Origin: Acidobacteriota bacterium
GTDB lineage: Bacteria; Actinomycetota; Acidimicrobiia; Spongiisociales; UBA5794
NCBI GenBank assembly: GCA_022562055.1
Contig: JADFQA010000012.1
Coordinates: forward strand, 14,483 to 78,482
Reading direction: 5' to 3'
Length of the DNA stretch: 64,000 nucleotides
In this document: positions 57,872-64,000 of the stretch, one piece after another
How positions within the stretch are numbered: the first letter of the stretch is position 1
Layout of the letters: each line of letters opens with the position of its first letter
Made by a program: the position numbers and the translations under genes
The notes under the pieces: generated by a model
What the model was told of the DNA's origin: nothing
The model's database searches: none
The model's input: the letters and a program-made list of their open reading frames with translations, nothing else

Positions 57872-58147
57872 TTACACCCCCAACAACTTCAGGAACACCT
57901 TCTGCAGGCCCCAGTCGAGGCCAAAGGTCATCCCGGTCAATGCAGTTGCGGTGATGAACACGACGAGAGTGAACGTCGTGAGTTCTTTTCTTCCTGGCCA
58001 CGCGACCTTCTTGAGTTCTTGACGGACCTCGCGAAAGAACTGCTGGAAGCTGGCACGATCGCGTTTGCGCGGGGCTGGACCCTGCTTGCGTCGTTGCTTG
58101 GCGCGCTCTTCCTCCTTGGCCTGGAGGCGTCGCATCTCTCGATTCAC
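57872..58147 (-). CDS. secE: SecE
   Basis: ELKKVAWP plus TM; lies between tRNA-Trp and nusG. Confidence 0.95.
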   Translation of the reverse strand: MNREMRRLQAKEEERAKQRRKQGPAPRKRDRASFQQFFREVRQELKKVAWPGRKELTTFTLVVFITATALTGMTFGLDWGLQKVFLKLLGV

Positions 58148-58168
58148 ATGCAATCCTTCCTCGATGGG

Positions 58169-58242
58169 CAGGGGCGGTGGGATTCGAACCCACAACCTCT
58201 GGTTTTGGAGACCAGCGCTCTAGCCGTTAGAGCTACACCCCT
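58169..58242 (-). tRNA. tRNA-Trp (CCA)
   Basis: AGGGGTG acceptor, anticodon arm CTGGT-CTCCAAA-ACCAG, GGTTCGAATCC T-loop. Confidence 0.97.
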
Positions 58243-58324
58243 CTACGACTCGGAGCCGACGGGAGAGTATATGTTGCTTTGCCCGAAAGTGTAAAACCCT
58301 GGTTTGGCGTGCGGGAAACCTCTG

Positions 58325-58663
58325 TCAGACAGAGTGTACATACCGTCGCCGGATAACAGCGGCGGCACCGAGCGCAACGGCCGTGGCCCCGGCAACTGCA
58401 ATCGCTGCGACATACCCCTTTGTCGGAGCCTCGGCGGTGGCTACGCCTTCGGCAATGGCGACCCCGACCACGGCCACAAGCCCCGCCGGGGCAAGGTCGG
58501 TGATGGATCCAAGTGCAGACAACTCGCGCTGGAGGCGACCGTATTTCGACATCTCCGCCTGACATCCGATGCATGACTCAAGGTGCGCTTGCAGACCGGG
58601 AGTCGGCGGTGCATCAATAAACGCCGGCATCCACAGCTTCGCAAGCGAGCAGGTGACCTTCAC
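58325..58663 (-). CDS. Putative zinc-binding (zf-HC2) anti-sigma factor
   Basis: HLESCIGC, C-terminal TM; overlaps the sigma gene stop. Confidence 0.75.
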   Translation of the reverse strand: MKVTCSLAKLWMPAFIDAPPTPGLQAHLESCIGCQAEMSKYGRLQRELSALGSITDLAPAGLVAVVGVAIAEGVATAEAPTKGYVAAIAVAGATAVALGAAAVIRRRYVHSV

Positions 58664-59235
58664 TTGTCTTCCCCGTATTCATCCCAGAGTTGGGTTTTGA
58701 GCTGTTTGTGACCACGATGAAGGCGCACCTTGGCGGCTGTCACGGATATCTCCAAATGTTCAGCGATCTGGCCGTGCGACCAATCATAAATGTCTCGCAA
58801 CACAACAACGGCTCGAACGGACGGTGAAAGGGTGTCGAGGGCTTTCAGCAACCGAGGGCGCATTGCTGCGCTTTCGGCAGCCCGCGCCGGCCCAATACTG
58901 ACAAGGTCGGGCTGGGCGTTCGCTAACTCGTCGAGGCTGGCAATAGCGTGTCGTTTTGTCTTGCGACGATACGACCACGCAGCGTTGACGGTGATACGGT
59001 GGAGCCAGGTGGAAAACTTCGATTCGCCGCGGAACTTCTCCAGGTGGCGCCACGCACGCACGAAAGCTTCCTGCGAAACGTCAGCAGCTTGATCTCGATT
59101 CCCGACAAGGCGGAGCGCCAAAGTGAACACCTCGTGTTGATGTCGTCGCACTAGCTCAGAAAACGCGGACTGATCTCCGCTTTGCGCAGCGGTGATCAGT
59201 TCCTCTTCACTGTCTCTGACCGCGTCGGGTTGCAT
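58660..59235 (-). CDS. ECF sigma-70 factor
   Basis: GDQSAFSELV, DVSQEAF, FSTWLHRI, KVRLHRG. Confidence 0.93.
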   Translation of the reverse strand: MQPDAVRDSEEELITAAQSGDQSAFSELVRRHQHEVFTLALRLVGNRDQAADVSQEAFVRAWRHLEKFRGESKFSTWLHRITVNAAWSYRRKTKRHAIASLDELANAQPDLVSIGPARAAESAAMRPRLLKALDTLSPSVRAVVVLRDIYDWSHGQIAEHLEISVTAAKVRLHRGHKQLKTQLWDEYGEDK

Positions 59236-59239
59236 CGGG

Positions 59240-60091
59240 TTACTCGCCGGCTTGCAGAGTCGCCTGGCAGGTCACCAGTGTTGTTTCGCCGCCGGTAAGA
59301 CTCAACGTCACCCGAGGGCCGCCGTCAGTGTTCGTGCGCGTGCCTGATACCGCCGCCTGATCACCGGGAAACAACGGGTTCTTAAATCGTAAACGGGCAT
59401 CGGCCAGCGGGGAGTCGCCGGCTGTGGCCGCGGCCGCGATCTGGAGCAGCCACGACGACATCAACAGTCCGTGAACAACAATTCCCGCAAGACCAGACCG
59501 AACCGCCGCGTCATGATCGAGATGCACGGGGTTAAAGTCGCCACTCACCCCAGCGTATCTGACGAGGTCAAGGCGGCTTGCGGATTTCGCAATGGGACCA
59601 ATCTCGGTACCGGTCATGACCCCCGGTGCCGGCTCGTTCTTGGCGGACATGTCGACGGCAGGCTCTGCCTGCCCGGCAACGTCCGCAGTGCCGGCCTCGT
59701 CACCCATCAAGAACACAGACGTCGATTTCACGGAGGAACCATTGTCTCCCGCGGCACTAGCTTCGAGCGTCACGAAGTTCATTGCACCACGCGAGCGAAC
59801 CGAAACAACACGCGCTGACACTGTCCAAACCGAACCGTGGGTAAGCGGCCCTGACCACGCAAAACGCTGATCAGAGTGGACCAGAACCTTTGTGAACGGA
59901 GCTACATCGGGGTCGCTGAGAAACTGGGGTGCAATGGCGAACAGGAGCGCTGCCGCAAAGGATGGCGGAGCGGCGGTCACCCAACGCGAGGCGTCATCTC
60001 CAGTGGTCTCAACAAACTGGCGCGCAAGCGTCTCTGACAGATGGAGAGTTGTCGGACCGTAGGCACGGCCTTCAACGGACGAGAGTGACAT
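59240..60091 (-). CDS. Double hotdog MaoC-like dehydratase (HadA-HadB-like fusion)
   Basis: LVHSDQRF domain plus YAGVSGDFNPVH...VHG hydratase-2 motif; rpmG/secE synteny. Confidence 0.8.
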   Translation of the reverse strand: MSLSSVEGRAYGPTTLHLSETLARQFVETTGDDASRWVTAAPPSFAAALLFAIAPQFLSDPDVAPFTKVLVHSDQRFAWSGPLTHGSVWTVSARVVSVRSRGAMNFVTLEASAAGDNGSSVKSTSVFLMGDEAGTADVAGQAEPAVDMSAKNEPAPGVMTGTEIGPIAKSASRLDLVRYAGVSGDFNPVHLDHDAAVRSGLAGIVVHGLLMSSWLLQIAAAATAGDSPLADARLRFKNPLFPGDQAAVSGTRTNTDGGPRVTLSLTGGETTLVTCQATLQAGE

Positions 60092-60172
60092 TTCGCGAGC
60101 ATACCGTTGGATGCCGCTTCCAGTCGAACGAATGCTGCGGCACATGCGCCATACGCAGGTACGATTCGCCCC

Positions 60173-61486
60173 ATGGTCTCACGTCGCCTCTTCGGCACCC
60201 TGATTGGTGCGGCGTTCGTCGTTGCCGCCTGCACCGGACAGTCAGCCGACCGGTCCTCGCTCACCACATTGGCACCGCTCGCGACCACCACCAGTGCGGC
60301 AACGACAACGAGTACGTCGACGACCACCACATCGACGACGACCACCACAACGGTCCCACTCTTCTCAGCAACCGGGGTGGTTACGAATGCGCAGGGGGCG
60401 GCGCTTGGCGGTGTCACGATTCAGTCGGGCGGCGTACAAACGACTTCGTTTCCCGACGGTTCGTTCATTCTCGAGGATGCACCGCTAGGTGTTGTGGTCG
60501 CGTCGCGACCGGCATGGCTCACCGCGCAGCTTGTCTGGAATGGGGAATCGACGCTGACCATCGTGATGGAGCCGAGAATCGTCCGAGCCATCCGGGTGTC
60601 GCGGGCTGTGGCAGCAGATCCGGCAGCGTTCGAGCGCATCCTCACCATTGCCGACACGACGACGGTGAATGCGCTCGTGTTCGACACAAAAGATGAGTCG
60701 GGGTATCTGCTCTACAACTCCGAGGTCGCAAAAGCTTCCGAGATCGGGTCGAACCGCGACGTCTATGACCCGGCAGCGTACATTCAACGGGCCAAAGACC
60801 ACGACCTCTACACCATCACTCGTATCGTCACATTCGAAGACGCTGTTTGGGCGAAGGGTGATCCGTCCGCTGTGGGGGCCGGGTCGTGGATCAACGCGAC
60901 CGACGAATCGACGTGGGAGTATCCACTCGCACTCGCCGCCGAGGCTTGCGAGCTCGGATTCGACGAAATCCAATTCGACTACGTACGTTTCCCATCGGGG
61001 AGAACCGCGACTCGCCTGCGCCAGACCATGCCGACCACTCAGGACCTGCGCGTCACAACCATAGAATCGTTTCTTTCGCAGGCCCAAACATTGCTCCACG
61101 CAATGGGTTGCGCAATCTCGGCCGATATCTTTGGGATCGTGATGACGTCGCCAACCGACGAGGGCATCGGGCAGCGCCCCGAGGAGCTATCAGCCGTAAC
61201 CGACGCGCTCAGCCCGATGTTGTACCCGAGTCATTTTGGACCGGGCTGGATAGGCTTCGACGACCCGAACGACTTCCCCGGCCCCGTCGTGGCACACTCG
61301 CTCGATCTGGGAATACCGAGGCTGACTGGCACCGCGGTCGTACGGCCGTGGCTTCAAGGGTTCTACTACAACGCCGCCCAAGTGCGTATCCAGATCGAAG
61401 AAGCCGAAAATCGGGGACTCGGCTGGATTGTGTGGAATGCCAACGGCAACTACGACACCGACTGGTTCCCGACCGAGACCGAATGA
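60173..61486 (+). CDS. Lipoprotein with putative glycoside hydrolase (DUF4015-like) domain
   Basis: Lipobox VAAC, Thr linker, VFDTKDESG, RIVTFED, GFDEIQFDYVRFP, PMLYPSH, RPWLQ. Confidence 0.78.
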   Translation: MVSRRLFGTLIGAAFVVAACTGQSADRSSLTTLAPLATTTSAATTTSTSTTTTSTTTTTTVPLFSATGVVTNAQGAALGGVTIQSGGVQTTSFPDGSFILEDAPLGVVVASRPAWLTAQLVWNGESTLTIVMEPRIVRAIRVSRAVAADPAAFERILTIADTTTVNALVFDTKDESGYLLYNSEVAKASEIGSNRDVYDPAAYIQRAKDHDLYTITRIVTFEDAVWAKGDPSAVGAGSWINATDESTWEYPLALAAEACELGFDEIQFDYVRFPSGRTATRLRQTMPTTQDLRVTTIESFLSQAQTLLHAMGCAISADIFGIVMTSPTDEGIGQRPEELSAVTDALSPMLYPSHFGPGWIGFDDPNDFPGPVVAHSLDLGIPRLTGTAVVRPWLQGFYYNAAQVRIQIEEAENRGLGWIVWNANGNYDTDWFPTETE

Positions 61487-61518
61487 CCGTTCTTGCGTCC
61501 AATAGTGCAGGATCCTGC
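61487..61518. repeat. Left part of a 52-bp perfect palindrome interrupted by IS30
   Basis: CCGTTCTTGCGTCCAATAGTGCAGGATCCTGC; remainder at 62728-62750. Confidence 0.8.
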
Positions 61519-62727
61519 GGTGGTCTCAAGTGGTGTGCGCGACGGGGTGACCTTTTTGAGGTGATTTTATGTCTCGTCCAAAGACCCCTTGGCGGGTAGC
61601 GCGGGTAGCGCTGTTTGAGTTGGCGAGGGGGGCGTCCATTGATGATGCTGCAACGGTGGCGGGGGTGTCTGCGCGTATGGTTGACCGGTTTGTCAACGAG
61701 TATGGGCGGATGACTATACGTGAAACAAAACCACGAGCTAACGCACTCACTTTCGGGGAACGCGAAGAGATATGGATGGGTATCCAACGTGGGGAGTCAA
61801 ACACTGTGCTGGCGCAACGGTTGGGAAGGTCCCGTTCAACAATCTGGCGGGAGATCACTAACAATGGTGGCCGTGAAGGCTATCGCATGTCCCGCGCCCA
61901 GGATCGTGCCCATCGACAGGGACGGCGCCAGCGTCCAACGTGGGTTGAGACTAGGCCGTGGCTGTGGGATGTCGTGGTTGGGTTGTTGCTTTACGAGAAG
62001 TGGTCACCCGAGCAGATCGCTCACCGGCTTCGCATAGAGCACCCCAATGATTCATCATGGTGGGTGTCACACGAAACGATTTATCAAGCTATCTACGTCC
62101 AAGCCAGAGGCGGGTTACGTGAAGAACTCATGGCCTGTCTGCGTAGCGGGCGCACGGCACGTAAACCGCAGCGTCGTGGAGTGACCACTGGGGGCAGGAT
62201 TACTTCAAAGGTGATGATCTCTCAACGACCTAGCGAGGTTGCTGATCGGGCTGTGCCCGGGCACTGGGAAGGAGACCTCATAGTTGGCAAAGGAAACAAA
62301 AGTTACGTTGCGACACTGGTGGAACGCACCACCCGGTTAGGGATACTCATCAAAATTGACTCCAAGGACGCCGGGCATGTTGCTCAACGCCTGAGTGAAC
62401 ATGTTCAGACACTCCCTACCCAGCTCTTCAAGACCCTCACCTGGGACCAGGGAACCGAACTTGCTGACCATGCCGTGTTCACTATCCGGACCGGGGTCCC
62501 TGTGTTCTTTTGTGACCCTCGTTCGCCGTGGCAACGCGGCTCTAACGAGAATTTCAACGGCCTCGTGAGGCAATTCCTCCCCAAAGGAACCGACCTCTCC
62601 CAACACTCCCAAGCCGACCTTGATGAATACGCCCGACTACTCAACAACCGACCACGTAAAACGCTTAACTGGGACAAACCAGCAGAGCAATACAACCAAC
62701 TCGTCGCGGCCACAGCTTGAAACCACC
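61519..62727 (+). mobile_element. IS30-family insertion sequence with 3-bp TSD (TGC)
   Basis: Imperfect 26-bp IRs at 61519-61544 and 62702-62727; TGC at 61516-61518 and 62728-62730. Confidence 0.88.
61569..62720 (+). CDS. IS30 transposase
   Basis: STIWREI, WSPEQI, ETIY, GHWEGD, TWDQGTE, WQRGSNENFNG. Confidence 0.96.
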   Translation: MSRPKTPWRVARVALFELARGASIDDAATVAGVSARMVDRFVNEYGRMTIRETKPRANALTFGEREEIWMGIQRGESNTVLAQRLGRSRSTIWREITNNGGREGYRMSRAQDRAHRQGRRQRPTWVETRPWLWDVVVGLLLYEKWSPEQIAHRLRIEHPNDSSWWVSHETIYQAIYVQARGGLREELMACLRSGRTARKPQRRGVTTGGRITSKVMISQRPSEVADRAVPGHWEGDLIVGKGNKSYVATLVERTTRLGILIKIDSKDAGHVAQRLSEHVQTLPTQLFKTLTWDQGTELADHAVFTIRTGVPVFFCDPRSPWQRGSNENFNGLVRQFLPKGTDLSQHSQADLDEYARLLNNRPRKTLNWDKPAEQYNQLVAATA

Positions 62728-62758
62728 TGCACTATTGGACGCAAGAACGGGGGCTTTG

Positions 62759-62920
62759 CTAGCGGGTCTCCTTGTGCATCACATGTTCGCGACACCACTT
62801 GCAGAACTTCTTGAGCTCAATACGCTCACGCGTGTTGGTCTTGTTCTTCGTTGTCACGTAGTTACGACGCTTGCATTTCTCGCAAGCCAAAGTAATCGGC
62901 GGTCTCTTGGCGGAGGCCAT
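62759..62920 (-). CDS. rpmG: 50S protein L33 (Zn-binding form)
   Basis: Translated by hand: [27 protein letters not shown]...[19 protein letters not shown]. Confidence 0.96.
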   Translation of the reverse strand: MASAKRPPITLACEKCKRRNYVTTKNKTNTRERIELKKFCKWCREHVMHKETR

Positions 62921-63013
62921 TGTCATTTCCTCTCAGTGGTAGCGCGAGCCCGGAGATTCCGGGACAGCGTCACCCTCAGTCTTCTTCCAGAACGTGTCTG
63001 AAGGTTGTCGTCC

Positions 63014-64000
63014 CTACTTGATGATTTTGGTGACTCGGCCGGCACCAACAGTCCGCCCACCCTCACGAATAGCGAACCGCAACCCCTCATCCATAGCAAT
63101 CGGATTAATCAACTCAACCGTCATCTCAGTGTTATCACCAGGCATCACCATCTCCGTACCCTCAGGCAACGACACCGAACCAGTCACATCCGTCGTCCGA
63201 AAATAAAACTGCGGACGATACCCATCAAAAAACGGGTTCTGACGCCCACCCTCATTACGCGTCAACACATACACCTGAGCCTCAAACAACGTATGAGGAG
63301 TAATCGAACCCGGCGCCGCAATCACCTGACCACGCTCCACATCCTCCTTACCCGTCCCCCGCAACAACAACCCAACATTGTCACCAGCATGAGCCTCATC
63401 CAACAACTTACGAAACATCTCCACCCCAGTAACCGTCGTCTTCTGCAACGCCCGAATACCAACAATGTCAACCTCAGACCCAATCTTCAACAACCCCTGC
63501 TCAACCCGCCCAGTCACCACAGTCCCCCGCCCAGTAATCGAAAACACATCCTCAATCGGCATCAAAAACGGCTTATCCATATCCCGCTCAGGCAACAAAA
63601 TATATTCATCAACAGCCGCCATCAACTCCAAAACCTGAGCCGAAGCACCCTCATCACCCTCCAACGCCAACAACGCCGAACCACGAATCACCGGAACCTC
63701 ATCACCCGGGAACTCATACTCCGACAACAACTCCCGAACCTCCAACTCAACAAGATCCAACAACTCCTCATCATCCACCATGTCAACCTTATTCAAAAAG
63801 ACAACAATCCGAGGAACCCCAACCTGCAACGCCAACAACACATGCTCACGCGTCTGCGGCATCGGACCATCAGCAGCCGACACCACCAAAATCGCACCAT
63901 CAATCTGCGCAGCACCCGTAATCATATTCTTCACATAATCAGCATGACCCGGCATATCAACATGCGCATAATGACGATTCACCGTCTCATACTCCACATG
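63014..64000 (-). CDS. tuf: EF-Tu, second copy, 5' end outside the window
   Basis: Uninterrupted ORF ending [14 protein letters not shown]. Confidence 0.97.
   Translation of the reverse strand, partial: HVEYETVNRHYAHVDMPGHADYVKNMITGAAQIDGAILVVSAADGPMPQTREHVLLALQVGVPRIVVFLNKVDMVDDEELLDLVELEVRELLSEYEFPGDEVPVIRGSALLALEGDEGASAQVLELMAAVDEYILLPERDMDKPFLMPIEDVFSITGRGTVVTGRVEQGLLKIGSEVDIVGIRALQKTTVTGVEMFRKLLDEAHAGDNVGLLLRGTGKEDVERGQVIAAPGSITPHTLFEAQVYVLTRNEGGRQNPFFDGYRPQFYFRTTDVTGSVSLPEGTEMVMPGDNTEMTVELINPIAMDEGLRFAIREGGRTVGAGRVTKIIK

Noticed and set aside
61487-61511. Outer 25-bp perfect inverted repeat as the IS30 termini
   Set aside because: Inner 26-bp imperfect IRs plus a TGC duplication fit IS30 ends, and the outer arms rejoin into a palindrome

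Overview
GC-rich actinobacterial core-genome region, probably Acidimicrobiia-like (inferred from gene order and content). The minus strand carries the ribosomal/transcription supercluster: tufB-rpmG, tRNA-Trp-secE-nusG-rplKA-rplJL-rpoBC, the str, S10, spc and alpha operons, truA and rplM-rpsI, then glmM-glmS-acpS-nnr-alr-udg-tsaEB-rimI-tsaD-groES-groEL. The main candidate for a new system is a sulfur-assimilation cassette (metZ, sulfite reductase, siroheme genes, cysH) inserted between map and infA. It carries two related, unannotated Met/Cys-rich short ORFs with hairpins: a leaderless one ahead of metZ and a second ahead of the sulfite reductase, suggesting two-stage Met+Cys ribosome-sensing attenuation. 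Other signals: a glmS ribozyme, loss of all four Cys of the second RpoC zinc site, a Zn-independent S14, an IS30 inserted in a perfect 52-bp palindrome, extreme G/T-ending codons in both tuf copies, a clamp-binding motif on a family-4 UDG, and a candidate structured ncRNA at about 0.9-1.1 kb. Three lesions (tufA stop, metZ and kinase frameshifts) may be assembly errors.
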